From Candidatus Cloacimonadales bacterium (lineage in GTDB: Bacteria; Cloacimonadota; Cloacimonadia; Cloacimonadales; JAFGVF01), in NCBI GenBank assembly GCA_963667035.1, contig OY762964.1:1888001-1952000 (forward strand): a stretch of 64,000 bases of DNA, in the 5' to 3' direction. The notes beneath the pieces were generated by a model that saw nothing but the letters and a program-made list of their open reading frames with translations, did not search any database and was not told the origin of the DNA. This document shows, piece by piece, positions 38,945 to 49,593 of this stretch (positions are counted from its first letter, which is position 1; each line of letters opens with the position of its first letter). The position numbers and the translations under genes were made by a program.

Positions 38945-40138
38945 TCACTCTGCTTCCTTGATTACAGAATCATCCAAGTAAGGGTAATATGACCTTTCCT
39001 TATCAAGTCTATGCTTATCTTTTTCAAAGACAAGGAGATCAATATAATCATTTGTATTAGTATAAATAATTAAATGTATATCATCTTTAATAAAGTGAGT
39101 TCCGTTCTGAGTATTAAGATTTACATCGGAACCGTAATAGCATATTGAAAAGACATTATCTGTCTTCGTTACAGCCACTTCACGATTGAGAATAGATTCA
39201 AGTATCGCTTTGAATGTAGTATGATCTTCGCCATAGCATTTCATTGCACATATAGTAGTTACTATCTCACTAGACTCCTTGCCAAGAATTTCACGTTCAA
39301 CATGTACTGAATCAACTCCATATCTTGCTTTTGTGAATTGAAGAGATTCCACAAGAGTCTTCAATTCTTCTAACTGCTTAGCAAGCATATAAGTTTCTTT
39401 AGTACCTGAAATTCCATATTCAGTTATTGTTAAATGTTTAGTGCTTGAATCATAGCTAAGAAATGTCTCGGTAGATTTTGTCTGTAATGTTGAAATCATG
39501 CCTTCCAGTATAATTGTAGTGTCTATAGATTCAATAACTTTCTGATGAAGTTTGAATTCCTCATCGGTTACTTTACCGGGACTTAAAAAGCTTCCATCAT
39601 TCACTTTCTCAATTGGTACACATCCATTATCAGAACCTTGGTAGTTAGTCATCTGAACCTTATAGTAGTGTTTTGCTAACTGTGCCCCTACCCCATGATT
39701 ATGATATAAGTGTACTGCGAAGTAAAACTCGTCGTTGTTTGCCATATACACGTAAATATTGGGGAAACCACTAGCTACTCTCTGGGGATCATGATTGATT
39801 ACAATCTCACGCTTCAAAACTCTTTCGAGTTCATTTTTTAAATCAGTTTCTGATTTAACTATTTTAGGTTCCGGAACAAATGCTATGTAATCTTTTGCCA
39901 TGGATTGTTGAAAGGAGTTTGCTATAACGACATACACAGGAGAATCATGTTGCCCCACAAATGGGTAAGTCCCTGTTATTTCTTCATACTCCTTTAATAA
40001 TGTCCCATAATAATATAAGTCATTAAGTCGCTTTTCATCAGCACCCGTTTGGTATTTGTTTTCCATTGAATCGTATACACAACCATTGAGTATAATTATT
40101 ACTAATACACCGATAAGAAATTTCATAAATGCTTTCAT
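38945..40138 (-). CDS. Hypothetical lipoprotein
   Basis: 397-aa ORF, GGAGG RBS, LNGC lipobox. Confidence 0.7.
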   Translation of the reverse strand: MKAFMKFLIGVLVIIILNGCVYDSMENKYQTGADEKRLNDLYYYGTLLKEYEEITGTYPFVGQHDSPVYVVIANSFQQSMAKDYIAFVPEPKIVKSETDLKNELERVLKREIVINHDPQRVASGFPNIYVYMANNDEFYFAVHLYHNHGVGAQLAKHYYKVQMTNYQGSDNGCVPIEKVNDGSFLSPGKVTDEEFKLHQKVIESIDTTIILEGMISTLQTKSTETFLSYDSSTKHLTITEYGISGTKETYMLAKQLEELKTLVESLQFTKARYGVDSVHVEREILGKESSEIVTTICAMKCYGEDHTTFKAILESILNREVAVTKTDNVFSICYYGSDVNLNTQNGTHFIKDDIHLIIYTNTNDYIDLLVFEKDKHRLDKERSYYPYLDDSVIKEAE

Positions 40139-40303
40139 ATATCCTCCATTAATGCAAGCGATAGCCTCACGTTAATATTGAATAGAGTCAATAATTAATT
40201 ACAATATTTATCAAAGCTTAAGAATTACCAACCATTTCTATGTATCTTTAATGTATAAGACCTATCTACTCTATGAAACATTACTCTTCAAAGCAATACT
40301 TAA

Positions 40304-40675
40304 CTATCGGTGCTGATCAAACAGGATTGTATTACCGTCAGGGTCTGTAACCATAAAACTAGCAGATCCTTCACCCCCTTGATCTACCTCATTCTCTATG
40401 GATATCCCTTTGGCTTTCAGTACTTCTCTGATTGATCTAATGTCTTCAAAATCCTTTAATTCTTCCGCCTTTTGATTCCACCCCGGATTAAAAGTAAGTA
40501 TATTGTTTTTTAACATATCTTGAAATAAGCCAATCACTGTGTCGTCATTATGCATTATTAGCCATTTTTGATTAACATCTCCTGCCATTTCTTCAAATCC
40601 CAAATTTAGATAGAAATCTCTTGAAACAATTATATCCTTAACCGAAAGACTTATCGAAAATGCACCTAGTTTCAT
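40304..40675 (-). CDS. VOC/glyoxalase-family protein
   Basis: MKLGAFSISLSVKD...LTFNPGW...DPDGNTILFDQH. Confidence 0.88.
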   Translation of the reverse strand: MKLGAFSISLSVKDIIVSRDFYLNLGFEEMAGDVNQKWLIMHNDDTVIGLFQDMLKNNILTFNPGWNQKAEELKDFEDIRSIREVLKAKGISIENEVDQGGEGSASFMVTDPDGNTILFDQHR

Positions 40676-40985
40676 TTTTTACCTCCATAAGTGTTATAAG
40701 CAATTATTAAAATCATTTATGGAGATAAGTAAAGTAGAAAAATGAATATATAGTAGATTTATGGGTTATCAATACTTAGATTGTGCAAGATAACATTAAA
40801 CAGAAAAGTTAGTTACAAAAGGAAATGACATGGTATCTTTACTTCTCCAATTACTATATAAAAGTTAAAGTATGACAATTATTAAACTTACTCATAATAA
40901 CAAATTTTAATCATTTTACATAAAATATAAAGATAGGACAAAAAATTGTTGACTGTTTTAGACAACATCTTGGATATGGACTATT

Positions 40986-41684
40986 ATGGAGAATATATAT
41001 AAAGATAGAGATAATAGATTTATAATTGCAATAGACGGTCCTGCAGCCTCAGGGAAAAGCACCACAGCCAAACTTTTGGCAAAAGAGTTGGAATACAGCT
41101 ATATAGATACAGGGGCAATGTATAGGGCTTGTGGATTATGTTCCAAGCAATTAGATATATCTTTATCTGATATTCCCGGAATCGAGAGAATGTTGAAGAA
41201 TATAATTATTGAATTTAGATATAGTGATACAGGAAATCGCATTTATCTCAATGGAGAAGATGTTAGTGAGTTAATCAGGACAAAAGAGATTTCACGTCTT
41301 GCTTCCGATATTTCTCAGATAGGCATAGTCAGAATAAAAATGGTGGACATGCAAAGAGCAATGGGGGAGCAAGGAGGAGTCGTTATGGATGGACGTGATA
41401 TAGGGACTGTTGTTTTCCCTAATGCGGACTTCAAGTTGTTTATGATTGCCAATGTAGATGTAAGAGCCCAAAGAAGAGTTGCTGAATTACAGCAAAAGGG
41501 AATAGAGATTAGTTTTGATGAAGTAAAGGCTGATTTAATTTGGCGGGATAACAACGATTCAACCAGAGCTCTTGCTCCATTAAAAAAAGCTGATGATGCT
41601 ATTGAGATTGATACAACCGGTTTATCTATCGATGAACAGGTGTATAAAATTAAGGAAATTATCAATAATAAAGTGTACGCATAG
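40986..41684 (+). CDS. cmk: Cytidylate kinase
   Basis: IAIDGPAASGKST, DTGAMYR, MDGRDIGTVVFP. Confidence 0.95.
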   Translation: MENIYKDRDNRFIIAIDGPAASGKSTTAKLLAKELEYSYIDTGAMYRACGLCSKQLDISLSDIPGIERMLKNIIIEFRYSDTGNRIYLNGEDVSELIRTKEISRLASDISQIGIVRIKMVDMQRAMGEQGGVVMDGRDIGTVVFPNADFKLFMIANVDVRAQRRVAELQQKGIEISFDEVKADLIWRDNNDSTRALAPLKKADDAIEIDTTGLSIDEQVYKIKEIINNKVYA

Positions 41685-41701
41685 AGTGTTCAATAAGTGT
41701 A

Positions 41702-42574
41702 ATGCAGATTTTATTAGCTAGACATGCCGGGTTCTGCTTTGGAGTTAAAAGAGCGGTAAAAATCGCTGAAGAAAGCGGAGCGAAATATAGTAAAGTTAAC
41801 ACCCTTGGAGATATTATCCATAATCCCCAGGTAGTTAACCAACTGAAATTAAAGGGTGTAGTCCCTGTTTCCAGTGTTTCAGAATGCCTGGATAATCCGG
41901 TAATTATCCGTTCACACGGAGTCACAAGGGATAGCTATAAAGAACTGCAAGCAAGAGACATCGAGATTATTGATGCAACCTGCCCTTTTGTTAGAAAAGC
42001 ACAGGAGCATGTCCGATATGCTGATAAGAATGATTATCAAGTATATATATACGGAGATGCCGAGCATCCGGAAGTAAGGTCACTTTGTTCTTTTGCTACA
42101 AATAAAAAAGCTGTTGTTATATCATCTGCTGAAGAGATTATCAACCCCTTTCATAAGTCTGCCTTGATTTCCCAGACCACGAAGGACTTAAAGGGTTTTA
42201 AACAAGTTACTTGTCGCTTAGTGGAAGAGTGCCGAGAATTACTTGTTTTCAACACAATATGTACTGCAACCGAAGTTCGACAGCATCATACTGTTGAATT
42301 GGCAAAAACAGTCGATGTGATGTTGATAATAGGCGGTAAACACAGCTCAAATACAAGAATGCTCGCAAAGCTTTCAGCTAGTTATGCTGTCACTCATCAC
42401 ATTGAGACAGCCGAAGAGCTGAAACGTGAATGGTTCGTGCAGGAGAGTAAAATCGGTATCTCTGCCGGTGCTTCCACACCGGATGACATAATCGTAGAAA
42501 TATATAATAAATTAATAGATTGGTTTGGGGATCTGTCCAAGACAGACAATGTCACAGATATTCCAGTCCACTAA
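41702..42574 (+). CDS. ispH: 4-hydroxy-3-methylbut-2-enyl diphosphate reductase
   Basis: AGFCFGVKRA, IIHN, DATCPFV, NTICTAT, SSNT, AGASTP. Confidence 0.95.
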   Translation: MQILLARHAGFCFGVKRAVKIAEESGAKYSKVNTLGDIIHNPQVVNQLKLKGVVPVSSVSECLDNPVIIRSHGVTRDSYKELQARDIEIIDATCPFVRKAQEHVRYADKNDYQVYIYGDAEHPEVRSLCSFATNKKAVVISSAEEIINPFHKSALISQTTKDLKGFKQVTCRLVEECRELLVFNTICTATEVRQHHTVELAKTVDVMLIIGGKHSSNTRMLAKLSASYAVTHHIETAEELKREWFVQESKIGISAGASTPDDIIVEIYNKLIDWFGDLSKTDNVTDIPVH

Positions 42575-42587
42575 TTCAGGAGGAAGA

Positions 42588-44708
42588 ATGGATTACACAA
42601 AAGATGAAATTATCAAAGCTGAAGTTCCGGAAGATGAACTCTTAGCAGCTGAAGAGGCTTTACGTCACCAAGCTGAAGAGAATGCTGATATAAAACCGGA
42701 AAAAGAAGAAAAACAACTAACTGAAGAAGAATCACAGCATCAGGCTATGATTGATCTTATTGATCAGTCTTTCCCAGATTACAGTGCAGGTCAGATCGTT
42801 GAAGGAACAGTTGTCTCCGTTAACGATAAGGAAGTACTTGTTGATATCGGTGGAAAATCTGAAGGTGCTATTCCTGTATCTGAATTCAGTTATTCAGGTG
42901 TACCTTCATTCATGGATAAAATCCAGGTGATGGTAACACGCTTCGACGAAGGCAGAATTAAGCTTTCCAAGAAAAAAGCAGATTTCAAAGTTAACCTTGT
43001 TAAGGTTAAAGAAATCTTCGAAGCACAAGACCGTGTGCAAGGCATTCTTAGACGCAGAGTTAAGGGCGGAATGATTGTTGAGATTTTAGGTCTTGAAGCC
43101 TTTTTACCAGGCTCTCAGATTGCTCTCAAACCAATTCCTAATCTGGATCAGTTTATTGGTAAAGAACATACTTTTTACATCATCAAATTAGATGAAGAAC
43201 GTCGTAACATCATAGTTTCACGCAAGAAAGTTCTTGAGGAAGACCTTGAAAGTAAGAAACATGAAATTATCGACAGTATTAAAATTGATGCCGAGCTTGA
43301 AGGTGAAGTTAAAAACATTACCAATTACGGTGCATTCATTGATTTAGGTGGAATAGACGGACTTCTTCACATTCAGGATATGTCATGGGGAAGAATTAAT
43401 CATCCATCAGAAATGTTGAATATTGGCGACAAGCTCAAAGTTAAAGTGATTGACTTCGATAAAGAAAGCGGTCGCGTTGCCCTAGGTCTCAAACAACTTG
43501 TTCCTGAGCCATGGGCAAATGTTGATGCTAATTACCCTGAAGGTAAACAGGTTAAAGGCAAGGTTGTAAATATAGTTAATTACGGTGCATTTGTTGAGCT
43601 TGAACCGGGTGTAGAAGGATTGATTCATGTTTCAGAAATGTCGTGGACAAAATCTATTGTTAACCCTCACAAGTATGTGAAGATTGGTGAAACTGTTAAT
43701 GCAATCGTTTTGGCTATTGATAAAGTTAGTCATAAAATTTCTCTCGGGATGAAGCAGATGGCTCCTAACCCTTGGGTATCAATTGACGAAAGATATCCTA
43801 TCGGAACTCCTATCGAACGTAAAGTTAAGAATATCACAGAGTTTGGTGTATTCCTTGAACTTGAAGACGGTATTGACGGACTTGTTCATATCTCTGACAT
43901 CTCTTGGACAAAGCGTATTTATCATCCAAGAGAAATGTTTAAGAAGGGACAAATGGTTAAGGCTGTTGTTCTTGCTGTAGACAGAACACTCCATCGCATT
44001 GCTCTTGGTATCAAACAGATGAGCATCGACCCATGGAATAGTCTTGATACTCTTTTACCTCTTAACACAGAAATTATTGGTAAAGTTTCAAAGCTTATAC
44101 CTAAGGGACTTCTTGTTGACATTCCTGTTGACGGAGCTTCTGTTGAGGGCTTTGTTCCTATCTCTCATTTAGCTATTCCTAACTTAGAGCATCCGGAAGA
44201 GTTCTTCAGAATGAATGAAGAGCTTCCTCTAAAAGTTATTGAGCTTGATATGGAAAACCGTCGTCTTATCCTGTCTGTTAAAGCTTATTTCTTCTCAAGA
44301 GACCTTGATCTTCAAGAGACCTATGTGCAGTTCCATAATGAACAGCATGAAGAGATTATGAAACATCTCGAAGAAGAAAGAAAACGTCGAGAAGAAAGAA
44401 AGAAAAAAACTTCAAAGAAAAAAGACAATCCTAAAGCTGAGAAGAAAGAAGAAACTCCTATTGAGGAAGTTGTAGCTCCTGAAGTACAGGAATCAGCTCC
44501 TGTAACAGAAGAAGTTATTTCTGAGACTGTAGTTCAAGAGCTGATAGCTCCTGAGGCTGTAACAGAAGAAATTCCTGCTGAGGAAGTTGTAACTCCGGAA
44601 GTAGAGGAATCAGTTCCTGTAACAGAAGAAACTCCTACTGAAGAAGTGGTAGAAGAATCAGCTCCGGTTGAAGAAGTTATTGAAACTACAGAAGAGCCAA
44701 AAGAATAA
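42588..44708 (+). CDS. rpsA: 30S ribosomal protein S1 with acidic repetitive C-terminal tail
   Basis: Tandem S1 domains (YGAFIDLGGIDGLLHI, YGAFVELEPGVEGLIHVSE); start set at ATG 42588 behind AGGAGG. Confidence 0.95.
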   Translation: MDYTKDEIIKAEVPEDELLAAEEALRHQAEENADIKPEKEEKQLTEEESQHQAMIDLIDQSFPDYSAGQIVEGTVVSVNDKEVLVDIGGKSEGAIPVSEFSYSGVPSFMDKIQVMVTRFDEGRIKLSKKKADFKVNLVKVKEIFEAQDRVQGILRRRVKGGMIVEILGLEAFLPGSQIALKPIPNLDQFIGKEHTFYIIKLDEERRNIIVSRKKVLEEDLESKKHEIIDSIKIDAELEGEVKNITNYGAFIDLGGIDGLLHIQDMSWGRINHPSEMLNIGDKLKVKVIDFDKESGRVALGLKQLVPEPWANVDANYPEGKQVKGKVVNIVNYGAFVELEPGVEGLIHVSEMSWTKSIVNPHKYVKIGETVNAIVLAIDKVSHKISLGMKQMAPNPWVSIDERYPIGTPIERKVKNITEFGVFLELEDGIDGLVHISDISWTKRIYHPREMFKKGQMVKAVVLAVDRTLHRIALGIKQMSIDPWNSLDTLLPLNTEIIGKVSKLIPKGLLVDIPVDGASVEGFVPISHLAIPNLEHPEEFFRMNEELPLKVIELDMENRRLILSVKAYFFSRDLDLQETYVQFHNEQHEEIMKHLEEERKRREERKKKTSKKKDNPKAEKKEETPIEEVVAPEVQESAPVTEEVISETVVQELIAPEAVTEEIPAEEVVTPEVEESVPVTEETPTEEVVEESAPVEEVIETTEEPKE

Positions 44709-44728
44709 ATAAAGATTCTTATAAATAA

Positions 44729-44748
44729 AGGCGATCGTAAGATCGCCT
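44729..44748. repeat. Target-site duplication (rpsA terminator hairpin), left copy
   Basis: aggcgatcgtaagatcgcct, identical at 46411-46430. Confidence 0.9.
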
Positions 44749-46410
44749 CAGACCGTTTACAAACCCAGTTATGAAAATGACTGGGTTTTTACATTGTAAG
44801 TTTATTTCTGATTAGTTGAGTACAATATCAGGATAATGAGATTTAGCTCTATATTCGTCTAAACCAGAGCATATATTAACATAAAAAGCTAATAACATTG
44901 ATGCCACTTTCCCTGATATGCCATTGAAAAGGTATTTAACCAGTTTCTTTATGTTTTGAACTACTGATGTCATATATGCTTGTTCTCGAACTCGTTCTAT
45001 ACCTCGATATTTCGCATACCGATAACCATGAAGTTGCTTTGCATTTGCAAAGCTTCTCTCAATGGTTTCTTTTCGTTTTTTGTATATCTCTTTGCCACAA
45101 AAGGTTAACCTGTTTTTATGGATAATCTCTCTACTGTCTTCCCATACATGACGCATGATAACTTTTTGATGGTTCTTGCTCTCGGTGCATTTGTTAAGCA
45201 TTGGACAGTTTTTACAATAGCTACTCTCGGATGCATATTCATCATAACCGTTACGGTTTGTTGTTCGATATTTAAGCTCTTTCCCTTCTGGACAGATGTA
45301 TATGTCTCTATCTGAAATGAACTTAAAATCACGCTTCTTGAAAAGACCTTTTTTACCTCCAAGTCGACGATAACCTATTACTCCCATGATTCCCATATCT
45401 ACTAATTCTTTGCATATATTAGCTGTATCATACCCGGCATCAAGACCTACTGCCAGGACATCAAAACCAAAACGCTCTTGCTGCACTTTTAGCCTATCAA
45501 TATAGCAAGAACTGTCATTCACATTGCCGGCGGTAATATGAACATCTGTTATGAAGTTTACTTTAGGATCTACGGTTCTATGATCAAGATAGAAGAAACC
45601 TTGTGGTTTCTTGTCTCGCGTCATGAAACCACTGTCAGGATCTGTTTTACTAGACTTAATCTCTTTAACTTTGGGTGACGAACCGCCTTTAAAGTCATTG
45701 TCTTTAGGTGGGAGTGGCTTCTTACCGTGAGCTTTTCGGTTTTCATCCACTGTTTTATTTAGATCTTCAAGATAACTCTGAGGTGTGGTCTCTACTTTAA
45801 TTGATTCATATTTGCCTTTATTAGCATTAGCTTTCAGATGAGTTGAATCGCTATAAAGAACCTTGCCATCTACCAAACCATTCTCGATACCAAGTTTTAC
45901 AATATCAATGAAAATCTCTTCAAAAACAGTGCTATCAGTAAAGCGTCTGCGACGATTCTGGCTGAAGAGAGAATGACTCGGTATTTTATCAGTAAGCCCA
46001 TACCCTAAGAACCAGCGATATGCTACATTGACCTGAATCTCTCTGATTAGTTGTCGCTCAGAACGGATACCAAATAGATAACCAATAAAAAGCATTTTGA
46101 AGAAAGTTATGGGATGCACTGGGGGACGACCGTTGTCGGGGCAATACAAATGAGCAGTTCGGTCCATAATAAAACTAAAATCTATTACCCTGTCAATCTT
46201 GCGTAGAATATGATCTTCCGGGACAAGATCATCTATTATTACAAATTCCATTTGGGACTGTGTGTCAGAAACTTTTTTAAGCATAACCACCTCTAATTAT
46301 GATGGTTTAAGTATAAACTAAGGGGGTTTTTGTCAATGATTGATGTTCTTATTTTAAGCTAAAAAAAGACAAAGCTATGAAATCTTACTCATAGCTTTGT
46401 CAACAGTCTG
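44749..46410 (-). mobile_element. IS1182-family insertion sequence, copy 2 (1662 bp, inverted)
   Basis: Same IRs and identical 492-aa transposase as copy 1; 20-bp flanking direct repeat. Confidence 0.92.
44812..46290 (-). CDS. IS1182-family DDE transposase
   Basis: Protein identical to 9612-11090. Confidence 0.93.
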   Translation of the reverse strand: MVMLKKVSDTQSQMEFVIIDDLVPEDHILRKIDRVIDFSFIMDRTAHLYCPDNGRPPVHPITFFKMLFIGYLFGIRSERQLIREIQVNVAYRWFLGYGLTDKIPSHSLFSQNRRRRFTDSTVFEEIFIDIVKLGIENGLVDGKVLYSDSTHLKANANKGKYESIKVETTPQSYLEDLNKTVDENRKAHGKKPLPPKDNDFKGGSSPKVKEIKSSKTDPDSGFMTRDKKPQGFFYLDHRTVDPKVNFITDVHITAGNVNDSSCYIDRLKVQQERFGFDVLAVGLDAGYDTANICKELVDMGIMGVIGYRRLGGKKGLFKKRDFKFISDRDIYICPEGKELKYRTTNRNGYDEYASESSYCKNCPMLNKCTESKNHQKVIMRHVWEDSREIIHKNRLTFCGKEIYKKRKETIERSFANAKQLHGYRYAKYRGIERVREQAYMTSVVQNIKKLVKYLFNGISGKVASMLLAFYVNICSGLDEYRAKSHYPDIVLN

Positions 46411-47383
46411 AGGCGATCGTAAGATCGCCTTTTTCTATATACTGTTGATTGAATAGTCATTGTTGGCGGAGCTAATTCTCTTATTTGAGCCTCGTTTAGA
46501 TAGTTGTTACCAATGAAACTAACGTACACTACACTATTCGGATTAAGTTTACTTAGCTCATTCTCTAAATACTCTTCATAGTCATCAACATCGGGAACTT
46601 CTATCTTACACATAGGTCTGGTACTGAGATCTCTGAATCTATAGCTTAAGTTTGAACTCAGATGTATTTCTACAAATCCCTTTTGTTCATCGATTTCAGC
46701 TATCGAAGTACGTTCTGTAGAACCTGAGTAAACAATTGGAGTATTGTTTACGTATCTCACTTGTCTTCTATGTATATGTCCAGCTAAAACCATGTCAAAT
46801 TCGTTCAACAATGGAGTTAAGGCTATTGTATCTTCCCTATTGTAAAACGTGAAGTTACCGGGACCAACTTGAGCCCCATCGAAAGGATGGTGAACCAGAA
46901 GTAGCTCTAAATCACTTCTTTGATCCATATTGATTTCAGAAAGAATTTTAGAGAATTCGGTCCTAATATTCCCTTATAGAATGGGAAGCCTGTAATTGCT
47001 ATAGATCTTTCATTGATAGATAATGTAACTCTCATTGGTTCAGTAATAAAATGTATGTTAGGAGCAGCTATCAAGATGGATTCAGGGAGATTGGAGCGTT
47101 CATGATTACCGGGTAATAGAACAATTGGAATACCATTACTTGAAAATTTTAATAATCGCATGTAGACCTTATCTATTATAAAAAGTGGAATTTTACTTCT
47201 AAAGAAGAGGTCTCCACCATGAATAACCAAGTTAAATTTCTCTTTAACAGCAATATCCAAAATCGTTTCAAAGCTATTGAAGAAATCTACTCCACGACGG
47301 CGTTTCATGGTTCTGGGATTAACAGGATAATCAAACCCCAAATGTGTATCACTAAAGAAGAGTATTTTTAATGAATCAGGCAA
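46389..47383 (-). pseudogene. SbcD/Mre11-like metallophosphoesterase split by a frameshift near 46970
   Basis: 5' ORF has SDTHLG, GGDLF, PGNHE; 3' ORF has LVHH, LAGHIHR, YSGSTER..E...KGF. One extra base at AAG GGA ATA restores ...YKGNIRTEFSKILSEINMDQ. Confidence 0.8.
46411..46430. repeat. Target-site duplication, right copy (followed by the original T-run)
   Basis: aggcgatcgtaagatcgcct-tttt. Confidence 0.9.
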
Positions 47384-47386
47384 ACC

Positions 47387-48151
47387 TTATAGTTCTATTT
47401 CAGGATGTTCCTGTTTTACACGATGAATGATAGCATGCAATTCTGTGATTTCTTCTTCACGCTGTTTTAGAATCTTTCTTTCGGATTCTCTCTCATCACT
47501 TTCTTCCAGCAATCTAAATAAAATCATTTTTATAAGGCTCGTAATTCTTCTAACTAAACCAAACCCAATCAGTAAAATAAGAGCAAGAAAACTTAAGAAA
47601 TAGATACTTCTTCTTTTACGCCAAGTTTTGACTTTCTCTTCAAGATCAACGTGGTCTTTGTAGTGTTCATTTTGTAGTAAATCCAAAACTTGAATGTATT
47701 CTTTTGAGTTCTTAATAAGCTCTTGTGCTTTTTCTCTACTAATTGAGTTTTGAAAAACGATAGTGTTAAACTGGTCTTTTACAAGATTTGTGTTAGTTTG
47801 ATATTTATCCTCTTTATGTATTGTTTGAAGGAGTACAATCATTGATATATCTTTTTTTGCTGTCTGATATGCAGTCAAAGCATCCGTCGTAGAAATGTTA
47901 ATATCAGTCAATTTTGGGGAAGCCATCTCTTCGATAAGGCTGTTAATTATATGTAAATATTGCTCTTTCACAGAAGCACAATGTAATGAGGTTGCCAAAT
48001 GATAGCTGTTAGAGACCCATATCATTTTACCTGAACGAGATTGATACCAACCAAAATAAAGCCCTGTCACAATACCAAAAACTAGAATCATACCAACAAG
48101 CACGTTAATATAGTGCTTCACTGTTTCAAACCATACACTCTTATCTGCCAT
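47387..48151 (-). CDS. Hypothetical two-TM membrane protein with periplasmic helical domain
   Basis: Two hydrophobic segments flanking a ~145-aa region, short coiled-coil-like tail. Confidence 0.65.
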   Translation of the reverse strand: MADKSVWFETVKHYINVLVGMILVFGIVTGLYFGWYQSRSGKMIWVSNSYHLATSLHCASVKEQYLHIINSLIEEMASPKLTDINISTTDALTAYQTAKKDISMIVLLQTIHKEDKYQTNTNLVKDQFNTIVFQNSISREKAQELIKNSKEYIQVLDLLQNEHYKDHVDLEEKVKTWRKRRSIYFLSFLALILLIGFGLVRRITSLIKMILFRLLEESDERESERKILKQREEEITELHAIIHRVKQEHPEIEL

Positions 48152-48152
48152 T

Positions 48153-48989
48153 TTACCTCAAATCAGAGTTGTCAATTAATCTTGTACTCTCAATAAATAC
48201 AGCCAGAACAACTCTAGTATTATTATCAACATCAATTTTAGTTCGTAAAGTATCTTTGTCAACAAATTCGATGTAATCAACAACTCCATTGGCATTTGAA
48301 ATAATCGATTCCATCTCTTTTCTTATATTATCAACTTTTGTTTCACCTGATATGAATAGTTCTCTGGCTTTATTGATTGATTTTTTCAAACATAGAGCTC
48401 TCACTCTTTCATCATCATTAAGATACTTATTTCTAGAGCTTAAGGCTAGTCCATCTTCTTCTCTGACAATCGGGCATGTTACTATTTTAGTTTTAAAGTG
48501 AAGTTCATTAATCATTTTTTTAAGTACTGCAACTTGTTGATAATCCTTTTCTCCCATATACATGAAATCAGGTTGAACTATGTTCATAAGCTTAGCAACA
48601 ATCGTAGCCACACCCCTAAAATGACCAGGTCTTGATTTGCCGCAAAGTATCTCAGTTATCTCTTCCACATTAATCCAACTGCCATATCCTACCGGATACA
48701 TCTCGTCATCATAAGGAAGGAATACAAAGCCGGCTCCAGCTTTCTTAGCTTTTTCAAGATCTTCACGCAAAGTTCTCGGGTAGTTGCTTAAATCTTCATT
48801 TTCACCAAATTGGCTCGGATTCACATAAATGCTCAGTACAACTTCAGAACATTCTTCACGAGCTTTTTTGATTAAACTGATATGCCCCTCATGTAAGGCT
48901 CCCATAGTGGGAACAAAACCTATTTTCTTATTCCATAAAGGCTTTTGTGTAAGAGCTTGCATCTCTTCTATTGTTTCTATCACTCTCAT
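48153..48989 (-). CDS. panC: Pantoate--beta-alanine ligase
   Basis: VPTMGALHEGH, RPGHFRGV, GEKDYQQ, LALSSRN, RLIDN. Confidence 0.96.
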   Translation of the reverse strand: MRVIETIEEMQALTQKPLWNKKIGFVPTMGALHEGHISLIKKAREECSEVVLSIYVNPSQFGENEDLSNYPRTLREDLEKAKKAGAGFVFLPYDDEMYPVGYGSWINVEEITEILCGKSRPGHFRGVATIVAKLMNIVQPDFMYMGEKDYQQVAVLKKMINELHFKTKIVTCPIVREEDGLALSSRNKYLNDDERVRALCLKKSINKARELFISGETKVDNIRKEMESIISNANGVVDYIEFVDKDTLRTKIDVDNNTRVVLAVFIESTRLIDNSDLR

Positions 48990-48997
48990 TAAAGCCC

Positions 48998-49354
48998 CTA
49001 TTTTCTATCTATAATCTTGTTCTCTTCATCAACGATAATTACATTCGGTTTAAGAGTTTTCAATTCTTCTTCATTGAGCTGAACAAAGTTTACTATAATT
49101 ACTTTATCTCCTCTTCTAACCAAACGGGCAGCAGCACCATTAACTCCGATAATACCACTTCCAGGTTCACCCTCTATGACATAAGTTGCAAAGCGATTGC
49201 CATTATCAATATCATATATTTCCACTTTCTCATTAGGTAAAATTCCAGTCACATCCAAAAGCTCTTTATCTATAGTAACACTTCCTACATAATCAAGGTC
49301 AGTTTGAGTTATAGTAGCTCTATGTATTTTAGCATATAACATTGTTCTAAGCAT
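48998..49354 (-). CDS. panD: Aspartate 1-decarboxylase
   Basis: KIHRAT...[22 protein letters not shown]. Confidence 0.96.
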   Translation of the reverse strand: MLRTMLYAKIHRATITQTDLDYVGSVTIDKELLDVTGILPNEKVEIYDIDNGNRFATYVIEGEPGSGIIGVNGAAARLVRRGDKVIIVNFVQLNEEELKTLKPNVIIVDEENKIIDRK

Positions 49355-49593
49355 CTTTTCCTCCTGCTTAAATATAATGTCAAGATTTTGGCTTCATAGA
49401 AATTGTAAACAAATTTCCTTCCTTTGTTAGTATAGAGAATAGTCAATCTTCAAATGAGCTATTCATATCTTAGTTTGTCCTCTAAAAACGAGATACTATT
49501 CCACTTTCTCTCGCAATGGGATAAGCAAATATGCATAGAACAAGCAACCAATCACACCTATTCAAACAATTATACAATAATTGAAACAATATA

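Noticed and set aside
9492..46410. Composite transposon formed by the two IS1182 copies
   Set aside because: Each copy has its own distinct DR pair, and the interval contains housekeeping genes.
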